The notes below the pieces were generated by a model. That model was not told where the DNA came from. It worked only from the letters and a program-made list of their open reading frames with translations, and did not search any database. This document shows positions 30,638-47,674 of a stretch of DNA of 64,000 bases, in pieces. The stretch is from assembly GCF_009914755.1 (NCBI RefSeq), contig NC_060937.1. One strand, given 5' to 3'. The stretch comes from the human T2T-CHM13v2.0 reference genome, Homo sapiens. Both the position numbers and the translations under genes were made by a program. Each line of letters begins with the position of its first letter. Position 1 is the first letter of the stretch.

Positions 30638-30950
30638 GGCCGGACGCAGTGGCTCACACCCGTAATACCAGCCCTTTGGGAGGCTAAGGTGGAAGGACCG
30701 CTTGAGCCCAGGAGTTTGGAGACCAGTCTGGGCAACATGGCAACACCCGGTCTCTACAAAAAAAATTAAAAATTAGCTGGGCGTGGTGGGGCACACCTGC
30801 AGTCCCAACATCCCAACAACTCAGGAGACTGAGGTGGGAGGATCGCTTGAGCCCAGGAGGTTGGGCCTAGAGTGAGCTATGTTCATGTCACTGCACTCCA
30901 GCCTGGGCCACAGAGCGAGACTCTGCCTCAAAAATAAATAAATAAATACA
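30638..30950 (+). mobile_element. AluJ
   Basis: J-type diagnostics, (AAAT)n tail. Confidence 0.9.
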
Positions 30951-31086
30951 CCAACCAACCAACCAATTAGAATGTGATTTCCAAAAAACATATATAACTT
31001 TGAACATGTAATTCTATATAATGTGATTACACCAAGCACGATTCTGATTTTTTAAAATTGATGATAGTTGGAAAATAAAACACATT

Positions 31087-31409
31087 TGCTAAGGCCTGAA
31101 TGTTTATGTCCTCCCAAATTCCTGTCAAAATCCTCAGCCCTCAGGTGACGGTAACTGAAGGCAGGGCCTGTGGGAGGTGATGAGGTCACAGGGGCAGAGC
31201 CAGAGTGAATGGAATCAGTGCTCTCATAACAGAGGCCCCTCGAGAGCTGACGGCCGTCTACAAATGGGAAGCAGGCCCTCCCGAGACACCGAGTCTGCCA
31301 GTGCGCTGACGCAGGACTCCCAGCCAGCAGAACTGTGAGGAATTCATTGCTGTTGTTCATAACACGCCCGCTTTCAGTTTGGCTATAGCAGCCCTAACAG
31401 GCTGGGATA
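31087..31409 (+). mobile_element. MLT1A-like MaLR LTR
   Basis: TGCTAAGGCCTGAATGTTTATGTCCTCCCAAATTC...CAGAACTGTGAG...ATAGCAGCCC. Confidence 0.8.
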
Positions 31410-31577
31410 GTGTCTGCCCACTTAGCTCTTCCATCCACTGGGTACAGGAGAACAGGTGTCACTTCTCCTGCGTCAGGAGACACTGATGTTTTGTTTGGGG
31501 CCAAACTAGTATGAAAAAGATCGCTGGTATCTTAACAGGTAGTAAAAAATCACTGAAAAATAGCCACAAAACTTTCC

Positions 31578-31872
31578 CACCACGTGCAGTGGCTCACGCC
31601 TATAATCCCAGCACTTTGGGAGGCAGAGGTGGCAGATCACTTGAGGTCAGGGGTTTGAGCCCAGCCTGGCCAACATGGTGAAACCCTGCTTCTACTAAAA
31701 ATACAAAAATTAGCTGGGTATGGTGGTATGCACCTGTAGTCGCAGCTACTAGAACAGCTGAGGCAGGAGAATTGCTTGAACCCAGGAGGCAGAGGTTGCG
31801 GTGAGCTCAGATAGTGCCACTGCACTCCCAGGCTGGGGGACGGAGCGAAATTGTTTCAACAACAACAGCAAA
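31578..31872 (+). mobile_element. AluS
   Basis: Dimeric Alu. Confidence 0.9.
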
Positions 31873-32156
31873 TGCTTTCCCATTCCCACATCGGAAGGTG
31901 AACACGACCTCCGTTTCTAGACCCGGCCCCTCCTCATTACCTGACAGGACGAAGCGTTGGCACAGCTAAGGCTGCCCTTCTTGCCCCCCAGCTCCACACT
32001 CGCAGAAGGGCTCACAGCAGGTCATGGTTGTCAGTAACAAACCCTGACCTACTGAACAGGATAAACCTGCAGACAGAAACGTGCCTGCGGAGGGAGCAAC
32101 TCCAGCTCCTCAGACAGTTCAGGGAGCGCTGAACTGAGCCCTGAACGAAGTCAACG

Positions 32157-32396
32157 AGGAAGTGACTTCGGGGCAATCAGCCTCATCTATTTACTTTCAT
32201 GAAGAAACCCAAGTGAACCCTGCTGCGGACCAGAAAACCGGAGCACTTCTGCATTTAATGTCACCTTACTGTGACATCTTAATTTCCCAATTCAAGGGTT
32301 TCAAAAACTAGTATTTGTTAATTTCCTGTATTTCAGATGTCAAAGTTTGCATCTCCAAATCTATCACTACCAAACACTCTTTATCTTTCTTCATCT
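32157..32396. repeat. Dispersed direct repeat copy 1 (~240 bp)
   Basis: About 90% identical by eye to 32940-33176. Confidence 0.93.
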
Positions 32397-32939
32397 GGGA
32401 CAAGGGACACGACTACCTCTGTGCCTGAGACACAGTGTCTCAGCCCCACTATCTGGGCTCCCAGCACGCTTCCTCTCCAAGAACACAATTCAGAAGTCCT
32501 TGGGCCACGGAAGAGAGACCTCCTTCCCCATGGTCAAAAGTGGAGTGCAGGCCCCCGGCTGTGGAAATCAGTGCTCGGCTCCCTGAGGGGCGATGCCTTA
32601 AATATTCCACCACTGGGCAGCGTGCACCCCCTTCCCATGTGAGCGCCAGCTGAAACGGAAGTGAGGGCGGCAGGCGTTTATTCTGATTAGAAACTCCACC
32701 GACACCGGAATAAAGTGGATTTCAGCTAGTGCTGAGCCCTCCCCAGGGAAATGGTATGGGGTGCTGGACAACAGCTCCTAAGTCCTCAAACAGCCACGCA
32801 GCCAGCTTTGTTTCTGCTTCATTTTTAGACAAAAACTGGGGCACTGTGAGAGGCAGACATAGTAGGTAATGGTAGGGGCAGAGCCGCCTGCTGGGTTCCC
32901 CAACTCAACAGGGTAAGCCCGGGGTGAAGGACATGCTGC

Positions 32940-33176
32940 AGGAAGTGACTTCGGGGCAATCAGCCTCATGTACTTTCACGAAGAAACCCAAGTGAACTCT
33001 GCTGCGGACCAGAAAACCAGAGCACTTCTGCACTTAATGTCACTTTACTGTGACATCCTAATTTCCCAATTCAAGGACTTCAAAAGATAGTATTTGTTAA
33101 TTTTCTGTATTTTAGATGTCGAAGTTTGCATCTCCAAATCCTATCACTACCAAACACTCTTTATCTTTCTTCATCT
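32940..33176. repeat. Dispersed direct repeat copy 2
   Basis: AGGAAGTGACTTCGGGGCAATCAGCCTCAT...TTATCTTTCTTCATCT shared with copy 1. Confidence 0.93.
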
Positions 33177-33752
33177 CAAATACCTTAGCTGTCCATCCCC
33201 AAAAGGTAATAAGACTAGTTAATCGTGACCCTGTAAACTTGGAAATACGACTCTTCCAGTGCATCCAAGTGAATTCCAAAACTGCTGGGTTCGAGGTGTT
33301 GCTTAACTCATGGTGTTGCATCCACTTCTGAGAGCAGACAGCTGGGGTTCATCAGTTAGGTGTTTGAACAGTGGAAGAAAGGGCAATGTTATTAGAAGAT
33401 GGCAGAGATGTCTAGTGACAACATTATAGCTTCAGAAAGGATGTTCATAATTATCGTTACATTGTACTACTTCAAGTTCCTTCTTAATAGTTTTACTTGA
33501 AAGAAACCTTATATAGAACAGCATTGCCAAACATTTTCCATATTCTAGTCAGTTCCAAAAAGGTATAATCATTGCTGCAATCCAAGGAAGCTCATGTTCA
33601 AATGATTGAAACTCAAAAATAATTTAAGAGGCAAATCCATTTCTTGACCTATTAGCTGATCTACTATGTATTTCCAAATGTAGCTGTTCCGCCGACAAAG
33701 ACAGAACTGCTAGAATTGAAACAGAACAAATTAATCTGAAGTTATTACTTAC

Positions 33753-33886
33753 CAGAATGCAGAAAATAATTTCCCCACTGCTCGCACTGATGAAAGACTT
33801 CGCACTGTGCAATTTCGTTTTCATGATGTGGAAAAGCTAAATCTATCCCACCTGAATGGATATCCAGTTGACTTCCAAATACCATA
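33753..33886 (-). CDS. CARS2: CARS2 exon 8: (S)[28 protein letters not shown]...NYFLHS
   Basis: tgtcttgcag| ... |gtaagt; 134 nt; [20 protein letters not shown] CysRS Zn-binding signature. Confidence 0.97.
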
Positions 33887-34674
33887 CTGCAAGACACAGT
33901 GCAAAGTAGTGAATTCATTCAATCAAGCAACATATTTTCTTCTAACCTCGTCTATTTATTCCTTCCAGCCTTTTTAATTCAATGAATAAATGGATCTCAG
34001 TTTTGCATCAATTTGCATGATAATTTAACTGATTCAAATGAAAACTGAAATCCTGTCATCACAAGCCCGTAATTCATGACTTTTCATCCTAGTAAAGGCA
34101 CTTAATTCTTTTTGCTCCAGGTTCTTTTTTTCTCTTTTTCTTTCTTTCTTTTTCAACTCAAAAAATTACCTTTACTTACTTTCAATAGGTAGAGTTTAGT
34201 GGTTTTCCAATTTTAACAAGAGATGGAACTATAAAATCATGACAGTGTTTCATTTGGCTTTTGCAAGTGTAACTAACAGTCACCTACGAATAACAAGGTA
34301 AGAGAGTTCAAAGCAACACAGGTTGCCATTTCTCCTACAGTGCTGTGCCATGCCTCCATAAAAACCGCGTTTCTGCAAACCCATACAAAAAAATTAATGG
34401 GGTTGATGGGGGAAATGAGGCTGGGCCAGCCCACTCGAAGCTCTGTCCCTGGACCAGCTGCAGAAGCATGGCGACGCAGCAGGCCGGTGGATTTTCTTAA
34501 AATGATAGATAGAGAAATTTCTAAGGTGCCAACACCTCGCAGAGGTCCTTCCTGCTCCCACTGGTCTGGTTCCCTGTGCTCGGGGAAGCACTGCACACGG
34601 AGGTCTCGAGCCTGGGGAAACAGGCATCACAGAAACACACGCTGTAGTGTGACGTTCTAAGACTTTTACATCTT

Positions 34675-34995
<321 letters not shown>

Positions 34996-37010
34996 TTAGG
35001 GTAACTCTAACATTCCCTGCAGTTCAAATGCTGTGAAGGAGACTGTGGGACCAGGAGTGGGGAGGGGATGGGAGGGGCCTCATTTGTATTTGGATGGGCA
35101 ATTCTCCCTTCCGAAGATCTGAAGCCAACACAACGACATGAAAGTTTCACAAGCTGAACTATGGGGCCACAACCTTCACTATGTTAGTTTCGCTCCTGAT
35201 CTCTACGTTACACCTATTTTAAAATCAGAGAAGGCTCAGAAGGAACAACAATAATGGTCTCTTCATTATTTAATCTTTCAACAAAAATAAGAATTTCACA
35301 TAACATTACATTTGAAACTCACTAAATGTTTTCTACCTGCTTTAGAGAAATTATTTGAATCTAAAAAATGAATCTACAACCCAGTTTATATGCCATAGTC
35401 TGCTATTAAGTATTGATAAACACATAGAAGTAAAGTGTGACTGGTGACTGGACATTTTTACTTTTTTTTCATCAAAAGTCAGGCCCATGCTTCCTACTAA
35501 CAACAGGGTTTGAGGTCTGAGGAATGACGGAAGCGTTTCCAGATGAGCCGCATAACCACAGTGCAAGTGGTGGGGGCTTAGCAGAAAAGGGAATCTCTTT
35601 CTGGGTCTTGAAGAAGATCCACCAAAATTTAGATAGGCAGGTCGTGGGGGACAAGGCCTTCCCTCCTGGTGGAATGGGGCGACCCTACTCGGCGCTGAAT
35701 ACTCAAGCTGTCTGGGAGTCCATGAATGGAGCAGAGTCCTCGTGTGGGAGATAATTATCTCCACCCAAACCCCCTCTACACCCAGCCAGGAAACACATCC
35801 TGGATACAAAGCCCACAGGTTTCGAGGTGACTGGATTTATCCATCTGAAAATCTCTGATGTAGCTACTAGCTTAAAATGTTTACCTTAATCATCCTTTCC
35901 TGTGTTTCTAATTTTTTAAAACTGTTTATTAAAATAAATATTTGCTATCAAGTATACTAAAATCCATGAGTTAACAGTGATTTTTTTAAAACCCATTTCT
36001 GGTGCCGTTTCCAAGATGGCCGAATAGGAACAGCTCCAGTCTACAGCTCCCAGCATGAGCGACGCAGAAGACGGGTGATTTCTGCATTTCCAACTGAGGT
36101 ACTGGCTTCATCTCACTGGGGCTCGTCAGACAGTGGGTGCAGCTCACGGAGTGTGAGCCGAAGCAGGGTGGGGCATCGCCTCACCTGTGAAGTGTGAGGG
36201 GTCGGGGAATTCCCTTTCCTAGCCAAGGGAAGCTGTGACAGACGGTACCTGGAAAATCAGGACACTCCCACCCTAATACTGTGCTTTTCCAATGGTCTTA
36301 GCAAACGGCACACCAGGAGATTATATCCTGCGCCTGGCTCGGAGGGTCCCACGCCCACGGAGCCTCGCTCACTGCTAGCACAGCAGTCTGAGATGAACTG
36401 CAAGGCGGCAGCGAGGCTGGGGGAGGGGCATCTGCCATTGCTGAGGCTTGAGTAGGTAAACAAAGTGTCCAGGAAGCTCGAACTGGGTGGAGCCCACTAC
36501 AGCTCAAGGAGGCCTGCCCACCTCTGTAGACTCCACCTCTGGGGACAGGGCATAGCTGAACAAAAGGCAGCAGAAACTTCTGCAGACTTAAACGTTCCTG
36601 ACTGACAGCTTTGAAGAGTAGTGGTTCTCCCAGCACGGAGTTTGAGATCTGAGAACGGACAGACTGCCTCCTCAAGTGGGTCCCTGATCCCCGAGTAGAC
36701 CAACTGGGAGACACCTCCCAGTAGGGGCTGACTGACACCTCATACAGCCAGGTGCCCTCTGAGACGAAGCTTCCAGAGGAAGGATCATGCAGCAACATTT
36801 GCCGTTCTGCAATATTTGCTGTTCTGCAGCCTCTGCTGGTGATACCCAGGCAAACAGGGTCTGGAGTGGACCTCCAGCAAACTCAACAGACCTGCAGCTG
36901 AGGGTCCTGACTGTTAGAAGGAAAACTAACAAACAGAAAGGACATCCACACCAAAACCCCATCTGTATGTCACCACCATCAAAGACCAAAGGTAGACAAA
37001 AACCACAAAG

Positions 37011-38036
37011 ATGGGGAGAAACCAGAGCAGAAAAGCTGAAAATTCTAAAAATCAGAGCGCCTCTTCTCCTCCAAAGAAACGCAGCTCCTCACCAGCAATG
37101 GAACAAAGCTGGACAGAGAATGACTTTGATGAGTTGAGAGAAGAAGGCTTCAGACGATCGGTAATAACAAACTTCTCCGAGCTAAAGGAGGATGTTTGAA
37201 CCCATCATAAAGAAGCTAAAAACCTTCAAAAAAGATTAGACGAATGGCTAACCAGAATAAACAGCATAGACAAGACCTTAAATGACCTGATGGAGCTGAA
37301 AACCATGGCACAACAACTATGTGATGCATGCACAAGCTTCAGTAGCCGATTTGATCAAGTGGAAGAAAGGGTATCAGTGATTGAAGATCAAATGAATGAA
37401 ATGAAGCAGGAAGAGAAGTTTAGAGAAAAAAGAGTAAAAAGAAATGAACAAAGCCTCCGAGAAATATGGGACTATGTGAAAAGACCAAATCTGCGTCTGA
37501 TTGGTGTACCTGAAAGTGACAGGGAGAATGGAACCAAGTTGGAAAACACTCTTCAGGATATTATCCAGGAGAACTTCCCCAACCTGACAAGGCAGGCCAA
37601 CATTCACATTCAGAAAATACAGAGAACGCCACAGAGATACTCCTCGAGAAGAGCAACTCCATGACACATAATTGTCAGATTCACCAAAGTTGAAATGAAG
37701 GAAAAAATGTTAAGGGCAGCCAGAGAGAAAGGTCGGGTTACCCACAAAGGGAAGCCCATCAGACTAACAGCAGATCTCCTGGCAGAACCTCTATAAGCCA
37801 GAAGAGAGTGGGGGCCAATATTCAACGTTCTTAAAGAAAAGAATTTTTAACCCAGAATTTCATATCCAGCCAAACTAAGATTCATAGGTGAAGGAGAAAT
37901 AAAATCCTTTACAGACAAGCAAATGCTGAGAGATGTTGTCACCACCAGGCCTGCCTTACAAGAGCTCCTGAAGGAAGCACTAAACATGGAAAGGAACAAC
38001 CAGTACCAGCCACTGCAAAAACATGCCGAATTGTAA
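37011..38036 (+). pseudogene. L1 ORF1, disrupted
   Basis: MGRNQSRKAENSKNQS...; premature stops at ~37197, ~37662, ~37848. Confidence 0.93.
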
Positions 38037-38099
38037 AGACCGTCAAGGCTAGGAAGAAACTGCATCAACTAACGAGCAAAATAACCAGCTAACATCATA

Positions 38100-41917
<3,818 letters not shown>

Positions 41918-42287
41918 ACAATGAGAACACTTGGACACAGGGTGGGGAACATCACACACCAGGGCCTGTCATGGGGTGGGGGAGTGGGGAGGGATAGCAT
42001 TAGGAGATATACCTAACGTAGATGAGGAGTTAATGGGTGCAGCACACCAACATGGCACATGTATACAGATGTAACAAACCTGCACATTGTGCACATGTAC
42101 CCTAGAAGTTAAAATATAATGAAAAAAAAAACCCATTTCTACAAATAGGAAACATACGCGTGGTTATTCACTAAGGAGATCTGTAACACTGAAACGCTAG
42201 GAACAGTCTAAACGCGCGGCTGGGTACCCTGCTGCCTGCAGAGGGTCAGGCCACACAAACCAGCACCACGGTAACAAACTAACCGTG

Positions 42288-42580
<293 letters not shown>

Positions 42581-43386
42581 CAGGAACATGAAACTAACTG
42601 TGGCGAGCCCCATGGGCAGCTGTGCAGCACGGGGCACGGGCGGTATGCTGTCTTTCACACACCCCACCCAAGGTGCCCCTGGCTGTGGGCAGAGCCACAG
42701 GGTGTGGACACCTCAGGTGCGTCCAAGGGGACCAGGGAGAAGGCGGAGAAAGCTCTACTGAGAGGCAGAAACCAGGACAGAGAGGGTGTTTCCAGAGTAG
42801 GGGATGCCGCAGTGGGCCAGGAGAGCAGTGTCGTGTGACTGAGTGGGGGCGGCAGGCAGCTGCGGTCCCAGGCAGACAGTGGGAAGAGGAGCTTTGGTGA
42901 CAGAGGACCCACATGAGGGTGGCTGGGGGACTCCAGGAAGATCTGGGAGGAGCTGGAGATTTCCGCCACAGAGCACCCTGGCATGCGAGTTGCCTGAGCT
43001 AGAAGAGCTGGCGGGAAGGCGGAGAGGGATTTGGGGGCTAGAGAAGTGCGAAGCGAGGAGGGATGTAGGTGCAAGCACTCTCCTCCAGGGCCCCAAGCAC
43101 CAGCCACTACAGAGAAGGGTGAGGGAACAGGGCAGCTGCAAGTGTGAACCAAAAAGCAGCCTCTCCACTAAACAGAGGAAGTGCTGAGGTCAGGAAAGCT
43201 TGATGTGTCATGGGTTTCGTTCACCCCGTTCCATGGCCCGTCACACTCCGGCAAAAATCTCTTCCCAAAAATCACCCATGGGCACACGTGCCAGGCTGCA
43301 CCTGCTCCCATGCACATCCTCTGCTGCCCTGAGCAGGCACCAGGGGAACTTGAGCCCCAACCCCCAGGAAGCGGCAGGCACCTTAC

Positions 43387-43516
43387 CTAGCGATGGCAGA
43401 GCACTCGATGTGCCAGCCCGGCCTCCCGGGTCCCCAGGGAGAGGCCCAGAACACCTCCTGGGGTTTGGCCGCCTTCCACAGGGCGAAGTCACTGGCATGA
43501 CGCTTGTCAGAGTCCG
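43387..43516 (-). CDS. CARS2: CARS2 exon 7: (A)[14 protein letters not shown]...[18 protein letters not shown](S)
   Basis: catctgcag| ... |gtaagg; 130 nt; DFALWK and [10 protein letters not shown] CysRS signatures. Confidence 0.98.
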
Positions 43517-43553
43517 CTGCAGATGACAAACGGTACATCAGTGGGAAGAAGCT

Positions 43554-44120
43554 CAGTCACCCCACCACGGATGCTCAGACATTCACCCCCACCACAGAAA
43601 CCCAGACAGTCACCCCCACCATGGAAACACAGAAAATCACCCCAACATGGAAACCCAGACAGTCACCCCCACCACAGAGACCCAGTCACCCCCACCACGG
43701 AAACACAGAAAATCACCCCAACATGGAAACCCAGACAGTCACCCTTACCACGGAAACCCAATCACCCCCACCATGGAAACACAATCACCCCACCACGGAC
43801 ACGCAGACAGTCACCCCACCACAGAAACTCAGTCACCCCCACCAGGGAGACCCAGACAATCACACCACAGAAACTCAGACAGCCACCCCGCCACGGAAAC
43901 CCAGACAGCCACCCCGCCACGGAAACCCAGACAGTCACCCCCACCATGGAAACACAATCACCCCACCATGGACACGCAGACAGTCACCCCTACCATGAAA
44001 GCCCAGACTGTCACCCCACCAGGGAAGCCCAGGCTGTCACCACCACCTCACCCCCACCACAGAAGCCCAGATAGTCACCCCCCACCACAGAAACTCAGCT
44101 GGTCACCCCCACCAGGGAAA
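43554..44120. repeat. Minisatellite, ~21-28-bp units (CAGACAGTCACCCCCACCACGGAAACC), about 20 copies
   Basis: Repeated TCACCCC(C)ACCA core. Confidence 0.95.
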
Positions 44121-45424
44121 TCCAGCCGGCCACCCCGGTGGAAGCCCCTCCAGCCGCCAGTGGGCAGCACGCCCCAGGCTGTGTCTCTTCGAAGGAGCCT
44201 TGGCTTCTCGTTCACTCCTGTTTCACCCACGTGAGGGACAGGAGCACCGGCAACGCTTTCACCTCAGATGCACCAGCGCACAGGGAGAGCTGGGCGGCCG
44301 GGAACCCACAGAGGCTCATTTCTCAGGAATGTACTGTGGACCAGGTGGGGTTTTCCCATTTTTCCTTATTCTGTCTTACGAGAAATACTCTGCTTATCAG
44401 TAACTGAGTTTCAGGGTTGTTTTTTCCAAAAAGATACTAATCACACAGAGTGAAAGGCGCGTGATCGTGTCAGGTAACGCGGCTTATGGACCCGAGACTC
44501 TGAGCAAGGTGCCCATCACCGTGCGGTGAGGCTGCCAGTGGCGCATGCTCACCAAAACCTGCTGTCCCATCTGCCCAGGACAGGCACACCCCATGTGCAC
44601 AACGTCCCAATATCACCCTTTCCACCCGGGAGCACTGACACAGGCGTCCATCACCTTTGATGAATTTAAAGAGTGCAGACACAGATACTTTTTCTGGGTC
44701 AGACTGGACAGGCTACGTTTTCATTACTAGTCACTTTACTAAGAATAACATCCTCTGGGCACCCAAGCAAACAGAACAATTCCTACATAGTGCATGGCAA
44801 ACGAGAGCATCAATAACACCTTATGCCGAAGGAAAATACTTAAGGACAGAAAATGCGGCCAAGGACTGTATTTCCAGCCAAACTGACTTTGAAGTAGAAG
44901 GCAGCACACTGTCATCCACAGGCACAAATGCAGAGAATACTGTTCCCGAGAAAGGGCTCTTCCTTCAGAAACTGCTGGGGAATGAGCTTCAAAAACAACA
45001 GGGAAAAAGCGGACCTGGAGACAGTGGGAGGGGGGAAGAGTGGACGGGGCTACAGAAGGCAGCGCAGGCGGAGGCTGGGCACTCCAACATATGGACACGC
45101 GGGGCGGGGAGGAGGCACGTGCATGGGAACCTTCTAACCGTGGTCAAGCCTCGGGCAGGGCTGGTCCGTGATGGACTAAAGCAGGTGGATGCCCACTGGT
45201 CATCCGGTCACGCCCGGTGTCCTTACCACACATGTGAACAGACAGAGGGGTTAATGAAACCCCGTGGCCCTGAATTTGAGTATCAGTGTGACCTACGGAG
45301 CAGATGCGTTCATTACCTCAGTCTATGGGAGAGGCCAGGAAACAATGACAGACGGCAATGACAGATGGCAACAATGAGTATCCATGGTGCCCATGCTGTG
45401 TTCTCAAAACACCATTTCCCATTA

Positions 45425-45727
<303 letters not shown>

Positions 45728-45789
45728 CAAAAGAAAAGAAAAGAAAGAAAGAAAGAAAGAGAGAGAAAGAAAGAAAGAAAGAGAGAGAG

Positions 45790-45857
<68 letters not shown>

Positions 45858-45945
45858 AGGGACACCGGGCGTGACCGGAGGGAGGGAGGGAGGGAGGGAG
45901 GGAGGGAGGGAAAGGGAAGAAAAGGGAAGAAAGAAAAGAGAAAAA
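45728..45945. repeat. Compound polypurine microsatellite (GAAA)n(GA)n(GGGA)n
   Basis: Seen directly; grew from the Alu tail. Confidence 0.95.
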
Positions 45946-46323
45946 TGGGACTTCCAGGAGAAACAGCTTATTTTAAGATGAGCCAGGAATATCTTACCAT
46001 ATCAGATAGACAGCCACAAAACTATTAACTACAACAGGGCTGAGTGTAAGGGACTCGGGAGTAGCTGCTACCAGCAAAAGAGGGGGCACGCCGAGGCTCA
46101 ATAAGGTGATGGCAGCAATGGGTTAAAACGGCATGTGCACTGAAGCCCACGAGCTCTCAGCAACGGAAGAACATGAACTGGTCACTGCCAGAGGAAAATA
46201 TGGAAGCCAACTCCTTGTTCTGAAAACTGGTAAGTTAAGGAAAAGGTCCTGCCTTTCTTATACAAACTGTACCACTGAGTAACCAGATGACAGTCTGCCT
46301 GTATAAAAGTATTCCAGCAAATG

Positions 46324-46640
46324 GGCCAGGCACGGTGGCTCACACCGATAACCCCAGTACTTTGGGAGGCCGAGGCGGGGGGGGTGGATCACCTGAGGTC
46401 AGGAGTTCAAGACCAGCCTGGCCAACACGGCAAAACCCCATCTCTACTAAAACTACAAAAATTAGCTGGGTGTGGTGGCATGCCCCTGTAATCCCAGCTA
46501 CTCTGGAGGCTGAGGCAGGGAGAACTGCTTGAACCTGGGAGGTGGAGGTTGCAGTGAACCGAGATCATGCCACTGCACTCCAGCCTGGGCAAAAGAGTGA
46601 GATTCCGTCTCAAAAAACAAACAAACAAACAAACAAAAAA
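46324..46640 (+). mobile_element. AluSx-like
   Basis: TSD GTATTCCAGCAAAT; (AAAC)n tail. Confidence 0.92.
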
Positions 46641-47284
46641 GGTATTCCAGCAAATAAAGCAGAATGGGAGTTGCACCACCATGCCACCTCTTTTTGCAGT
46701 GAAGGATCTAAGCCTAGAGCGGCCAGGGCTGCTGACACACAGAGGCAGAGCCCTTACGTGTCTCCTGGTGAGGAATACACCATCTACAAAGTAGCCTTCT
46801 CCAGAAATTTAGAACTGGATTAAGCCTCTACATTCAACTACCAGTTTGCAAAAAACACACAGGACAGAGGGAAATGTTACAGACACTCCAAAACTCAGAG
46901 CAAGCGAAATCCCACTGGGGGAACCGTGAGACACATGACGTTTCTCCCTCAAATGAGCAGCAAGGGGAAGAAGCCAGGGGAGGAACATGTGGACTAAAAA
47001 CAAGACACAAATATAGAACAGCTAAGGCTAAGTGTCGTGTTAAGGGACACGTGTTTGGGCAATAAACCCATTCAGAAAAATGAGGAGGTGGCCGCTGTCA
47101 GAGTTAGGGCAGTAGTTGCCCCCAGGGCAGGGCAGAGAGGCTGGCAGGCAGGGCCCGGGAGGTTATCGGCCAGGGCGTGGGACCCAGAGGACTCAGGTGC
47201 CTTCGCTCCCTTGCCATTGTTGTCTCCTTCCACTAGGGGGTGACCGCAGGGTCTCCACTGAACACAAATTCACTGAGCTGGGCA

Positions 47285-47423
47285 TTTTTGTTTGTTTGGT
47301 AGAGACAGCAAGGGGTCTCACTACATTGCCCAGGCTGGTCTTGAACTCCTGGCCTCAAGTGATCCTCCAACCTTGGCCTCCTAAAGTGCTGGAATTACAG
47401 GTGTGAGCCACCATGCTCAACCA
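47285..47423 (-). mobile_element. Alu left monomer (FLAM-like)
   Basis: Single reverse monomer. Confidence 0.8.
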
Positions 47424-47674
47424 AGTTGGACATTTTTTAATGGTGTTTTCTATTGTTGTGTTATTACAACAATTTAAATTGAAAATTAAAAAGACAACAC
47501 CATTGCTTTGGAAATAACATACACTAAGGCATTAAAATTTTTTTTCACCATATGTAAAAATGGTGGTTTTATTATCTTTGTTTTGTGTAATTCTATTTCC
47601 TAATTTTGTACCATTATAAATTATATAAATATGTTGCTTTTGTATAAGAAAATATTTTTTATTTTAAAAAGCAC

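Noticed and set aside
43504-44234. Mucin-like Pro/Thr-rich ORFs in all three + frames
   Set aside because: Artefact of a stop-poor VNTR, antisense to CARS2
44657-45361. 234-aa + strand ORF
   Set aside because: No recognisable domain or exon structure; the 3' part looks like decayed L1M sequence
47230-47243. CTCF-like motif CCACTAGGGGGTGA
   Set aside because: T replaces the near-invariant C of GGC; not supportable without ChIP data
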